From a candidate division WWE3 bacterium RIFCSPLOWO2_01_FULL_39_13 (GTDB taxonomy: Bacteria; Patescibacteriota; WWE3; 2-01-FULL-39-13), in contig MEVH01000022.1 of the NCBI GenBank assembly GCA_001772665.1, positions 1 through 51,843 of the forward strand: 51,843 nucleotides of DNA, written 5' to 3'. Every line of letters starts with the position of its first letter. Position 1 is the first letter of the stretch. The position numbers and the translations under genes were made by a program. The notes under the pieces are model-generated. The model had not been told where the DNA came from, did no database searches, and was given only the letters and a program-made list of their open reading frames with translations. Shown piece after piece: positions 38,322 through 47,995 of the stretch.

Positions 38322-38490
38322 ATCAACTACCGCGAGCTTACCATGCCAGAGGCAGGCACAGCACACGCGGTATGCTGTAGCGTCACTTCGTTCCTTGCAT
38401 TCCCACCTTCGGTGGAAAAGTAGCGTCACTTCGTTCCTTGCATTCCCACCTTCGGTGGAAAAGTAGCGTCACTTCGTTCCTTGCATTCCC
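38322..38490 (+). repeat. Modular hairpin element, copy R3 (scaffold plus 2.6 copies of the 43-nt unit; terminator module absent)
   Basis: The scaffold is 38322-38379. The 43-mers are at 38380-38422 and 38423-38465, with a partial unit at 38466-38490. The unit is GCGTCACTTCGTTCCTTGCATTCCCACCTTCGGTGGAAAAGTA. Confidence 0.85.
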
Positions 38491-38524
38491 TGTCACAAGG
38501 TTAAATTTATGATAACGTTTAAGT

Positions 38525-39205
38525 ATGAATAATTGGGATCTTATTTCCGACTTAGTAGACTCTGGTGTTCTTAAATCTTCTCAAATTATTGAAGCGTTCA
38601 AAAATGTAGATCGGGTTGACTTTGTCCCCGATTATTTCAAAGAATTTCCATATGTTGACGCACCTTTATCTATTGGGTACGGCCAGACTATATCCCAACC
38701 AACAACAGTTGCTATTATGCTGGAGCTTTTGCATCCCCAGAAAGGAGATCACGTACTTGATATCGGATCAGGATCAGGATGGACAACTACACTGCTGGCC
38801 TATATTGTTGGAGACAGCGGAAAAGTAGCAGGAAAAGAGATTATTCCAGAACTTGTTGAGTTTGGAAGCAAAAATCTGGCTAAATACAATTTCATAAATG
38901 CAACAATCTCCACAGCTGTTTCCACAACCCCCGAGATCAGTGATCCAGGGTCTAAGACTCTAGATATCAATAACTCACAAGTCCAACAACCCCTATGGTT
39001 AATTGGAACTCCCGGAGTTTTATACGACAGAATTCTAGTTTCTGCATCTGCAGAAAAATTCCCTTCAGAACTTTTAGGCCAGCTAAAAAACGATGGACGG
39101 CTTGTAATCCCTGTACAAAATTCGATATGGCTATATAAAAAGGATAAAAAAGGGGAAATAAGCAAAGAGGAATATCCAGGGTTTGTATTTGTACCATTGA
39201 AATAA
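38525..39205 (+). CDS. pcm: Protein-L-isoaspartate O-methyltransferase
   Basis: ISQPTTVAIMLELL...GDHVLDIGSGSGWTT carries the PCMT signature and SAM motif I. Confidence 0.9.
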   Translation: MNNWDLISDLVDSGVLKSSQIIEAFKNVDRVDFVPDYFKEFPYVDAPLSIGYGQTISQPTTVAIMLELLHPQKGDHVLDIGSGSGWTTTLLAYIVGDSGKVAGKEIIPELVEFGSKNLAKYNFINATISTAVSTTPEISDPGSKTLDINNSQVQQPLWLIGTPGVLYDRILVSASAEKFPSELLGQLKNDGRLVIPVQNSIWLYKKDKKGEISKEEYPGFVFVPLK

Positions 39206-39254
39206 GAAAGGCAGCGAACTAAATCCCGAGCCCACATAAGTCCAATGTGTTTTT

Positions 39255-39905
39255 CTATTTCTTCCACCCAACAAAGAGATGGTTGAGACCCCATTGTGTC
39301 CAAAAATACTTTTTCTTAATGTCTAGAAAATCAGCTTTTTTAAATCTTCTGATAATTTCTGAATCAGTGAGGTAAAATTCCTCTTCTTCGTGCATCCCAC
39401 GTTCAGAATCAATGTCATGCTTTGTTCCTAACAATTTATCATAGAGCATAACTACTTTATGCACTAAAATTTCAGCCAGCGGATTTCCCATTGTAGCAAT
39501 AATATTGCCACCAGGCTTCAAACATCTATATGCTTCTTTCAATTCAATGTCCCTAAGGGATTTTGGTATATGGTTGAGGTTTGCAATAAAGGTAACAGAC
39601 TTGAAAGTATTATTATTAAAAGGAAAGTGAAAAACATCTTTTATCAGATTCTCCTGTGAAAGCCCGTCATATGGATACACATCTATTCCTATTCCATGCC
39701 CTTTCAGATATTTGTCTATAAACCTGTTATGACGACCGCATCCGACATCCAGGCAGTATCCAATAACTTCCCTGCTCACATAGTCATAACGCTCCGAGGC
39801 AAGTGACGAAAGACCAAATTTATCATTTTCGAATAGCGTAAATGCACGTAATGGGAAAACCAAAAAATCTTTAATTTTTTGAAAAGACTTTCTTTTAGTG
39901 GACAT
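39255..39905 (-). CDS. Class I SAM-dependent methyltransferase
   Basis: CLDVGCGRHNRF is motif I, and LKPGGNIIAT lies after it. 216 aa. Confidence 0.8.
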   Translation of the reverse strand: MSTKRKSFQKIKDFLVFPLRAFTLFENDKFGLSSLASERYDYVSREVIGYCLDVGCGRHNRFIDKYLKGHGIGIDVYPYDGLSQENLIKDVFHFPFNNNTFKSVTFIANLNHIPKSLRDIELKEAYRCLKPGGNIIATMGNPLAEILVHKVVMLYDKLLGTKHDIDSERGMHEEEEFYLTDSEIIRRFKKADFLDIKKKYFWTQWGLNHLFVGWKK

Positions 39906-39926
39906 AAAGCACCTTCATTCACCATC

Positions 39927-40451
39927 TTAATTTAAGGCACCCTGATGAGCTGCCAATTGCTCTTTCAAAGTACTGTATAGTTCCTGAAAATCGCACTTTA
40001 ATGCAATTGATGATATCTGGACTGGAGACTTATATAAGTTCTTATTCAAACTCATAAGAACCTTTTTCGAGCCATTCTGTTTTTGGATTATTTCATCAGC
40101 ATTATTAAGCTCTATGGTCAAAATCTTTTGTGTATCTATTTCTGTTATGCTCACATTAGTAATGTTTTTCCACCTTATTAGGCCAACGCTTATATAACTG
40201 GAATTATCTATAATACCATCGTCATTAATAATTAATCCTGGCTTATTATCAAAAAGTTTCATCGACAGGTAAACAGCTCCAAAACCAAAAAATGTTATAC
40301 ACGCAACAGAAACTATTTTAGTTAATATTGAATAGATAAATATAGTATCAGCGATTTGAAACAACCATATTCCAAAAATCACAAAGCCAGCAGAACCTAT
40401 CAATAAAAGTATAATTTTCTGTTTATTTAATTGAAATGTAATCTCTTTCAT
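39927..40451 (-). CDS. Membrane protein with two N-terminal TM helices and a PH-like (bPH/STM3941-type) C-terminal domain
   Basis: 174-aa ORF. Two hydrophobic helices are followed by GLIINDDGIIDNSSYISVGLIRWKNI, which resembles bacterial PH-domain proteins. The family assignment is tentative. Confidence 0.5.
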   Translation of the reverse strand: MKEITFQLNKQKIILLLIGSAGFVIFGIWLFQIADTIFIYSILTKIVSVACITFFGFGAVYLSMKLFDNKPGLIINDDGIIDNSSYISVGLIRWKNITNVSITEIDTQKILTIELNNADEIIQKQNGSKKVLMSLNKNLYKSPVQISSIALKCDFQELYSTLKEQLAAHQGALN

Positions 40452-40515
40452 AGCAAATATGTATTAATAATAGATTTACTACTTTTTTATAGCAAGCGTT
40501 TCAACTAACATCTCT

Positions 40516-40605
40516 TGGCGGAGGGGGTGGGATTCGAACCCACGTTCCACGTAAGCAGAGCATGGTTTTCAAGACCAGCCGATTAGTCCACTCTCGCACC
40601 CCTCC
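40516..40605 (-). tRNA. tRNA-Ser (anticodon TGA)
   Basis: The minus sense reads GGAGGGG TG CGA-GAGTGGACTAA-TCG G CTGGT CTTGAAA ACCAT, then a long variable arm, then GTGGG TTCGAAT CCCAC CCCTCCG CCA. One C:U mismatch sits at the top of the anticodon stem. Confidence 0.9.
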
Positions 40606-40745
40606 ATTTTTTGTTTCCGAGGATAATTTTACCATTTATATGTGGATTATTATGATAATAATATTAAAGACCTACTTCTTGCTGATTAATCAACTTTTTA
40701 CAGAAAGAGGAGATATTTTGTCGCAACACCAGCATTTTTCAAAGG

Positions 40746-43700
40746 TTACCCTATTTTAGACCCGGCTTTCTTGGATCGGATCCGTTTGTGTAGAACTCTC
40801 GTAACAACCGATGCTACCAATACAGCACCTAGAAAATAACCAAAGTATTTAATTGCCCCCAAAATACCTTTGCTTTGTGATTCAGGCTCTTTTTTGACTC
40901 CAAATACCTTTCCATCAGAACCTACTGGCCTTTCCTGATTTACCTTTTCATCCGAAGCCTTCTTATCTTCAACAGTCTGATCTTTATCCACGCCTGAAGG
41001 TAAAACAGGTTTTTCTAATGTGCGTACTTCAATGTGTCCTGTATCTCCTTCTTTGCATTCATTTATCGCGTACACCTCAATTTTATATTTTGTTCCATCA
41101 ACTAAGTTTGATATTGTGTACTGATTATTATGGCCAACATTTGCAGTGCCATATCTAAGATTGTCCGTCATGCGTGTAAAAAACAGATTATAGTTAGTAA
41201 CAGGAGACACTTTTGACCATTTAACTGTTATAGAATTTTGTTCAGCTTTTACAACCTCTATTTTAGGAGCGGACTTCGGCTCGTCGCTTTCACAGTGTGA
41301 TTTCTTTTCATCATCATCGTTCTGATTAGAAGAACCATCTTCATCATTAGAATCCTCTCCACTATCATCATTAGGAATAACCCCTGGAGGATCATAATTA
41401 AAGGTGCCTTCTTCTTCATTTATTGTAATTATCCTGTTTACAGGAACATTTAATTGCTTTTGCGAAATTCCGGACGGCCACTTAATGATTAATTCATCAA
41501 TTTTAGAAACAGTACCAAGTCCAAAATGAGCTAAAAGGCTATCCTGGCCTCTGCCGGCGCCAGTCGAAGATATTTGCCTCATTTGCTGTTTGTCGGAGCC
41601 ATTAACACGGTACTTAACAAATATTTGTGCACCTATACCATTGTTATTAGACTTAATTCCATTCAACTTTACTTCTAGCCAGTTACCCGAAGCAGTATTC
41701 TTGTATAAAACGTTAAGACCTCTGTTTTTTATCAAAAGTAGATCCATAGTTCCATTTTGGTCATAATCACCAAAGTAGCCCCATTTTGAAATCAAATCAT
41801 TACTTCCTACACGCTGAGAAAAAATACCCACTTCAACTTTACTAAAGTTACCGCTATCATTCTTGAAAAGAATAATATTCCCCTTGGTATATATAAAAAG
41901 GTCTAAATCACCATCATTGTCATAATCAGCCCATGTGCTTCCTGTTGCAGAGGCTTTAGTTTGACTGATTGCATCCTGCTCATCTTTGTTAAATGATCCA
42001 TCACCATTGCTTTTATAAAGAAAACCAGGAAATATTTTGTCGTGGCTGTCTCCGAATATGCTTATAAACAAATCAAGACGGCCATCATTATTGTAATCTC
42101 CCCAGCTTGCACCAGTTGAATAACCTCTGTCTTCAACAACAACCCCAGTAGTTACTTCTTCGAATTCACCATTGCCTTTATTAAGATACAAATTATTATG
42201 TGGACTATAGTAATTAACAACAAGAAGATCCAAATCACCATCATTATCAATATCTGCCCAGCTTCCCTGTTGCGAATAACCACGATTTTTATTAAATAAC
42301 TCATTAGCATTTGCTGCAGGCTCGAAATTCATATTGCCAAGATTGTTATATAGAGTGCTTGGCCAGTTGTTATCATCAGCAATAAATATATCCAAATCTC
42401 CATCATTATCATAATCAGCCCAGCTAGCGTTTTGAGGACTATTTTGTTTATTATTCTTTGAAACCTTTACAAGTAAATGATCAGGTAACTTTTCAAAGCT
42501 GCCGTAACCATCATTCATAAGGAGAAGATTATTTCCATATGGGCTATAAGTTATTGAGAATAAGTCAAAATCTCCGTCATTATCTATATCTGCCCAGTTG
42601 CTGCTGTAGTAGCTGTCGGCTTTATTGACAATTTCTCCTTCTATCACATCTTCGAAAACCCCGTTTCCCATGTTTCTATACAAGCTATTTTTCTTTGCTG
42701 AGAAAATGCCCCCATTAGCAACAAAAAGATCTAAGTCACCATCATTATCAAAATCTACCCAAGAAGCTGCATGAGAATTAGCACTCTGTTTTGAAAATAA
42801 CTCTTCACTCACTAGTACAAATGGATCGTAAATGACCGAAATAAAGTCTTTCTTTGCTTTAGTTTCTTGGTAAAATTCGTTTTTCACAGTTAAACTAACT
42901 GTAAAATTCCCTTGGGTTTCAAAAATATATGTAGGATTTTGTTCTTTTGAATCTACTTTGCTGTCATTATTAAAATCCCATTCCCAGGAGAATAATCCAT
43001 CTTTTTGGTAATAAGTCGATGTATCAGTAAATTTAACAGTTAAAGGAAGCTTTCCGATTGTGCTATCTGCGCTAAAATCAACCACAACTGGGTTAATCAC
43101 CTTAATATAATTACTTTTAAGGTTATCACCACTAAATGAAGCCGACTTGCCAATAAGTTTCACTGAATAATTGCCTTTTTTAGAGTAGGTATAAACGGGA
43201 TTTTCTTCAGTCGAATCTATATTGCCGTCATTATCAAAATCCCAACTCCAAATAACAGTCTCGTCTGTTTGAATAGTACTTTTGTTAGTAAATTTGACCT
43301 CAAGCGGAAACGACCCGTCTTTAGGACTTGCCTCAAAATTTGGACTGATAGGAACTTTAACCTGAATATAAGCTGCCTTTTCTTTAGTATCAGAATAAGT
43401 TCCATCTGAAATTGTCAGCTTGACTGTATAATCTTTTTCTGCTGTATAAATATGCTTTGGATCTTTTTCTGTACTCGATGACCCATCTCCAAAATCCCAG
43501 GAATAAGAAAGCTCTTTATTAGAAAAGTTGGTCGATTTATCATAAAATTCTACTGTCTGGCCATTTAACAGTAATGTTTTATTAGAAGTAAAGTCAGCTT
43601 CTATTCTTGGTAGTTCACTTAAATCAAGCAAATATACTGAGGCATTTTCTCCAAAAGTCCCTAAAACAAGCGCGTTTTTATTTGGCCAAAATGAAAGTGA

Positions 43701-45302
43701 AGTAAAATTCTCATCACCTGAATATATTTTTGTCCAGTTTTCAAGATCAGATGTTCTTAAAACTTGGCCTTTCGATCCAATTACATATAAATACCTGCTT
43801 TCATTTTCTGTGGCTATCAAATTGAAATTACCAGCATAAGGAGTGTCTTTTCCCAGTGTAAAAGGAAGCTTATGTCTAGCTATATTATCATTTTTATCTA
43901 TAGAAAAAATCTCGTATTCACTTGCTATTAAAAGCTGATCATTAAATATTATCAATCTATAACGATCTGTATAAATAGGTACTGTAGTTTTATAATCAGG
44001 ATTATCATATTTTATTATCTGCCAGCTTTTGCCGTCATCATTACTTACCGAAAGCTTAGGATAATCACTCCAATCCCAAGGCACTGAATATAGCTTCTCA
44101 TTAAAGCCAATAATATCTGCATTCCTATAATCACCGATATGTGCTGAAGCATCAGGTCTCTTATCAAAATCAGGCTCGGAACCTGTTAAATCAGTCCAAA
44201 CATCTCCGCCGTCGGTACTTTTGAATATATCGCCCCAGCAGGTTATCCCAAGATCACAATAAGATTTGTACCTTTTTACATCTGCTGCAGAAACAGCACT
44301 ATAGACATCACCATTATCATTTACCCATATACCCCACATATGCAAAACATCGGTCAAACCTTTATCATGATCACGATGCTTCACAATACTACCAGGAAGA
44401 TCCTGATTAGTATCATAAGTATAGATATTACCTGCATCCCAGCCATCGCTATAGGCCGGATCTGACCCTGCTATATAAATCTTCTTATTTGGGGGATCAT
44501 AAGCAAAATCGTGTATTCCCTGCTCAGAAAGGGATGCTACCTCAAAATAATCTTTGCCATCGTACACACTAAAAATTGCACCATTATACTCGACCGGCCG
44601 AGCCTTGCCGATTCCTATATATAATCGATCATCAACCGGCTGAAAAACATAGGCTCCTAAATATTGGCCGGTTTCTTCCTTTGGATAACTATAATTTTCG
44701 TATGCGAAAGTAGTATCACCAGAATTTTTAGGGACAGCAACACATTGCTTCATCGTTTGATTCACAACGTTTTGACTTTTTTCGTCATACAAATTTATGC
44801 ACAGGTGGCTTGATTTATTAAATGGAGGGTTTTTCTCTATATTAATCTCAAACGGTGACTGTCCGTTATATATCAAATCATGAACTTTCTTAGGATCTTG
44901 CTTAATGTAAGTAAATAGTAATTTGTATCTATCATCTGGAGTAAAATTATAAGTTTCGTAATATACCTTATAACTGTCGTCGGTCTTTTCTATCTTATAT
45001 ATACTTGCATCTCTGATTTTAATCTCATCTATTTTCTCTAACCCAGCAGTACGTTCTTTTACGTCTGATACTTGAGAGTCTTGGGCTGATTTGGAGGCTT
45101 TTTCATCTTTAGCTTCATCCTTATCATCTTTCTTATTAGACTCTATTTCATTTGAATATACGTAATCTTCGTCATTTTCGGCTTTTATATCCTCTATCGG
45201 ACTGTTTTTATCTGATGAATACGCTACGCTGCTAGTCCAAATTAATGTCAAAAGTATTAGCGGATATCCTATTACATTAAAGATGAATCTCTTATTTAAC
45301 AT
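40746..45302 (-). CDS. Giant (1518-aa) cell-surface protein
   Basis: The domain order, read from the sequence, is as follows. A signal peptide comes first. Asp-box motifs follow (STDGGDVWTD, SNDDGKSWQ). Three PKD units follow (WDFGDGSSS..., WSWDFDNDGNIDS..., WEWDFNNDSKVDS...). Seven WADxDNDGDLDLF FG-GAP/VCBS repeats follow. An ASPIC/UnbV-like segment follows (GIGAQIFVKY...GRGQDSLLAHFGLG). Then come an acidic linker, one FN3-like domain, and a C-terminal TM helix with a basic tail. Confidence 0.9.
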   Translation of the reverse strand: MLNKRFIFNVIGYPLILLTLIWTSSVAYSSDKNSPIEDIKAENDEDYVYSNEIESNKKDDKDEAKDEKASKSAQDSQVSDVKERTAGLEKIDEIKIRDASIYKIEKTDDSYKVYYETYNFTPDDRYKLLFTYIKQDPKKVHDLIYNGQSPFEINIEKNPPFNKSSHLCINLYDEKSQNVVNQTMKQCVAVPKNSGDTTFAYENYSYPKEETGQYLGAYVFQPVDDRLYIGIGKARPVEYNGAIFSVYDGKDYFEVASLSEQGIHDFAYDPPNKKIYIAGSDPAYSDGWDAGNIYTYDTNQDLPGSIVKHRDHDKGLTDVLHMWGIWVNDNGDVYSAVSAADVKRYKSYCDLGITCWGDIFKSTDGGDVWTDLTGSEPDFDKRPDASAHIGDYRNADIIGFNEKLYSVPWDWSDYPKLSVSNDDGKSWQIIKYDNPDYKTTVPIYTDRYRLIIFNDQLLIASEYEIFSIDKNDNIARHKLPFTLGKDTPYAGNFNLIATENESRYLYVIGSKGQVLRTSDLENWTKIYSGDENFTSLSFWPNKNALVLGTFGENASVYLLDLSELPRIEADFTSNKTLLLNGQTVEFYDKSTNFSNKELSYSWDFGDGSSSTEKDPKHIYTAEKDYTVKLTISDGTYSDTKEKAAYIQVKVPISPNFEASPKDGSFPLEVKFTNKSTIQTDETVIWSWDFDNDGNIDSTEENPVYTYSKKGNYSVKLIGKSASFSGDNLKSNYIKVINPVVVDFSADSTIGKLPLTVKFTDTSTYYQKDGLFSWEWDFNNDSKVDSKEQNPTYIFETQGNFTVSLTVKNEFYQETKAKKDFISVIYDPFVLVSEELFSKQSANSHAASWVDFDNDGDLDLFVANGGIFSAKKNSLYRNMGNGVFEDVIEGEIVNKADSYYSSNWADIDNDGDFDLFSITYSPYGNNLLLMNDGYGSFEKLPDHLLVKVSKNNKQNSPQNASWADYDNDGDLDIFIADDNNWPSTLYNNLGNMNFEPAANANELFNKNRGYSQQGSWADIDNDGDLDLLVVNYYSPHNNLYLNKGNGEFEEVTTGVVVEDRGYSTGASWGDYNNDGRLDLFISIFGDSHDKIFPGFLYKSNGDGSFNKDEQDAISQTKASATGSTWADYDNDGDLDLFIYTKGNIILFKNDSGNFSKVEVGIFSQRVGSNDLISKWGYFGDYDQNGTMDLLLIKNRGLNVLYKNTASGNWLEVKLNGIKSNNNGIGAQIFVKYRVNGSDKQQMRQISSTGAGRGQDSLLAHFGLGTVSKIDELIIKWPSGISQKQLNVPVNRIITINEEEGTFNYDPPGVIPNDDSGEDSNDEDGSSNQNDDDEKKSHCESDEPKSAPKIEVVKAEQNSITVKWSKVSPVTNYNLFFTRMTDNLRYGTANVGHNNQYTISNLVDGTKYKIEVYAINECKEGDTGHIEVRTLEKPVLPSGVDKDQTVEDKKASDEKVNQERPVGSDGKVFGVKKEPESQSKGILGAIKYFGYFLGAVLVASVVTRVLHKRIRSKKAGSKIG

Positions 45303-45466
45303 GTCTATTTTGATAAATTCCGAGATTGTCGGAAATGGGCAGAACTAATATCTACATTATCTCAACTTATAAAATTATTCAAGTGAATGTTATTTTTGTT
45401 CCAGAAAGATATACAGAAATTTGTTTAACAGCCTGCCTTTACAGAGAACCGATTACTATAGGCCTG

Positions 45467-45495
45467 TAGGATAGCACGTGAACTATAGGTTGTCA
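45467..45495 (-). promoter_or_regulatory. Sigma70-type promoter candidate for the giant surface-protein gene
   Basis: The minus sense reads TTGACA (45495-45490), a 17-nt spacer, then TATCCT (45472-45467). This lies about 165 nt upstream of the ATG at 45302. Confidence 0.35.
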
Positions 45496-45556
45496 AGTAC
45501 ACTCACGGGTAAACGGATATATCTCCTTTTAAGATCGGCCCCACTTGATATGGACC

Positions 45557-47977
45557 CTAAAGATTACTTCGGCTGTTGATTTCTTGGTCAATGATAAACT
45601 TGTTTCTTCCGTACTTTTGTTTACTGAGCTCTCGAATCTGGCGCCCGAGCTGAAAATCGCGCGACGCTGCCTGCATCAGCTCCCAGTCAGATGTCATAGC
45701 AAATGGGGGTGACGGCTGGCTGTTTATCAAAAGCTTTGTGTACGACCTTCCCACCCTGTTATTAATCAAATCGGTCTGCGTAAATGTAGGCTCAAAATAT
45801 TTTTCAAGGTATTCTGCATCATCTGTACCAATTCTAAAAACAACAATGCTTCCAACATTGCCGAAAATTGAGTCCTTTATCTTTTCTGGCAGCTGTCCGA
45901 TAAACTGATTCGCAACGATAAGATTCAGCATATATTTTCTTGCCTCTGACAAAATCGTTTCTATATCTGGAGTTGTATAGTTTTGAAACTCATCAATGTA
46001 GAGATAAAAATCGTCGATCGCCTCTCCCCTTTCCATTTTTTCAATTCTCGCAAATGCAGCAGTTAAAAGCCGTGGAACTAGAAGCAGCCCTAAAAATTTC
46101 GAGTTTTCTGCCCCTAATTTACCTTTAGATAAATCGGCAAGCAAAATCTTTTTGTTATCCATAATATCCTGAAATTCAAAAGAGGACGTGGATTGTCCTA
46201 AAAGATACCTCATTGTCTTTTCCGTTACGAATCGGTCTAATTTAGAAACAAAATAACCCATCACCTCGCCTTTGCGGGACTTTGTCGTATTAGCCTGCTC
46301 ATCGGTCCAGTATCTTTTGACAAGAGGATCAGTAATTACATCAAGATACGACTTGTGGAAGTTTTCGTCAGTTAAAAGGCGCATGACCTCAACTAAAGTG
46401 CCACCGGGTTTGCTCATTGCAGTAAGCATGCAGTTTCTTAAAGCACGCTCTAATTGTGGCCCCATAATACCCTGGCGGTTTGGATCATAAAGCTCATAAA
46501 GCATGTCGATAAACTTGTTTATAATCATGTCCTTTGCCTTCTCGGTTTTTACATCAAGAATGTTAAGACCCATTGGGCGGTCGCTTCCGGGATCAAAATA
46601 TATAACATCGTCAATGCGTTCTTTTGGAATCTGCTGGACAATATCATTAACGGCAGAACCGTGAGGATCTATAAAAGCGACACCCTTGCCGGCTTTAATA
46701 TCTTGAATAGCCATAAATTTCATTAATTCTGATTTTCCTGTTCCGGTTGTTCCTAGAATATACATGTGGCGGCGCCGATCTTCGTCCTGCATGAAGATTT
46801 TCATTTCTTCACCCCTAAAGATAGACTTGCCAAGATATAAGCCATCGGCAGGCAGTTCGATCGGCGCCGCCGACCCTTTGCTCCTCAGCCAGTTGATTCG
46901 AGGAGTTTTCACATTCTCATTCGGAAGGTGCCACATAGACGCAAGCTCCTCTGTGTTGAAAATTGAATATCCTTTAAACCAGTGCTTATCTAAAAATTTG
47001 GGAATACCAAATGGCAGGTCGACCTTTTTCACCACCGGGAACATTCGGGCGATAAAGCTTAAAACAAAGTATTTATCAAAACGGTTTTTTGTCTTTTTAA
47101 ATTGATTAAAAGATGGATTATTATACTGCCCGAACGCTCTCTCTAAATTGCTTAAATTTGCCTTTGCTGACACCTCATCATCTGATACTGACACAAGCCG
47201 GATTACGGTTTCAAAACCGACTTTAGATATTTTCTCCTGAACCTTCTGAAGATAATCCTCGTCAATACGAGACATTTTAGGTCCGCTTGGCTTTCCTTCT
47301 TTATCGCTTTGGTTGTGTTTGTCAAGATAATCTTTTATGTAAGCCTTCCCGTCCTTCTGCCAGACATCATCTGCCGGTCTTATTATTATCTGCAGTGCAA
47401 CCCCTTCGCCTTCGTGAAGCTTGCTTAACGCAGCAGTCATAGTTGCCATTGAATCAGACTTCATATCATCATATGTATTTACGGGGAGATAATCTTTATC
47501 CTTTAAAACCAGTGAGGCAAATTCAACGGATCCTCCTTTATCCCATATATTCCAGGGGTCGACTTTTGTCAGCTCTGCCTCTGGATAAGCTCCGTTTATC
47601 TGCTTTTCGACAAGATTTTCAAGATGTTTCGGACATACTGCATAGAATTCGATTGATTCATGGTCAGCTACAATTTCAAAAGATATCGCATCCTGTTCTT
47701 TGAGTGAATTTAGAAATCCGGATTTTTTTATTCCGTACATACTGCTGTACATATTTTCTGCAGCAGCTGGTTCTATCTCGCTGCCTTCAGGAATTTGAAT
47801 TTTGAAAAAGGCTTTGTCTTTCAGCGATCTGCTGCGGTTTTTAAAGCGCAGAAACCACAAATATGCCTTTATACCGAAAAAAAGGAGAGCAACAAGCAGT
47901 CCTCCTGCAATAATTGCGATTAAAAGGATTTCTAAAAAGCCAAATAGCTGTTCAAAACCCGTAATTTCAGGTTCCAT
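45557..47977 (-). CDS. TraD/VirD4/TrwB-like P-loop ATPase, paralog 2, with an N-terminal TM anchor
   Basis: 806 aa. The TM segment is LLIAIIAGGLLVALLFFGI. Walker A is LGTTGTGKSEL and Walker B is FYLYIDEFQNY. ASMWHLPN and VANQF...GNVGS are present, in the same order as in the 715-aa paralog. Confidence 0.85.
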   Translation of the reverse strand: MEPEITGFEQLFGFLEILLIAIIAGGLLVALLFFGIKAYLWFLRFKNRSRSLKDKAFFKIQIPEGSEIEPAAAENMYSSMYGIKKSGFLNSLKEQDAISFEIVADHESIEFYAVCPKHLENLVEKQINGAYPEAELTKVDPWNIWDKGGSVEFASLVLKDKDYLPVNTYDDMKSDSMATMTAALSKLHEGEGVALQIIIRPADDVWQKDGKAYIKDYLDKHNQSDKEGKPSGPKMSRIDEDYLQKVQEKISKVGFETVIRLVSVSDDEVSAKANLSNLERAFGQYNNPSFNQFKKTKNRFDKYFVLSFIARMFPVVKKVDLPFGIPKFLDKHWFKGYSIFNTEELASMWHLPNENVKTPRINWLRSKGSAAPIELPADGLYLGKSIFRGEEMKIFMQDEDRRRHMYILGTTGTGKSELMKFMAIQDIKAGKGVAFIDPHGSAVNDIVQQIPKERIDDVIYFDPGSDRPMGLNILDVKTEKAKDMIINKFIDMLYELYDPNRQGIMGPQLERALRNCMLTAMSKPGGTLVEVMRLLTDENFHKSYLDVITDPLVKRYWTDEQANTTKSRKGEVMGYFVSKLDRFVTEKTMRYLLGQSTSSFEFQDIMDNKKILLADLSKGKLGAENSKFLGLLLVPRLLTAAFARIEKMERGEAIDDFYLYIDEFQNYTTPDIETILSEARKYMLNLIVANQFIGQLPEKIKDSIFGNVGSIVVFRIGTDDAEYLEKYFEPTFTQTDLINNRVGRSYTKLLINSQPSPPFAMTSDWELMQAASRDFQLGRQIRELSKQKYGRNKFIIDQEINSRSNL

Positions 47978-47986
47978 TCTATATGA

Positions 47987-47995
47987 ATTCTAGCA
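47987..47995 (-). promoter_or_regulatory. Extended -10 box (TGCTAGAAT) 9 nt upstream of the ATPase ATG
   Basis: The minus sense reads ATGTGCTAGAATTCATATAGAATG. The same 13-mer ATGTGCTAGAATT recurs at 49893-49905. Confidence 0.4.

Noticed and set aside
38380-38490. The 43-nt repeats as a type III (ToxI-like) RNA antitoxin array
   Set aside because: The repeats-then-terminator layout of R1 is reminiscent of such arrays, but no ToxN/AbiQ/CptN-like ORF follows any copy. R3 is followed by pcm, and R1 by the antisense of a kef-type gene. This is kept only as an analogy.
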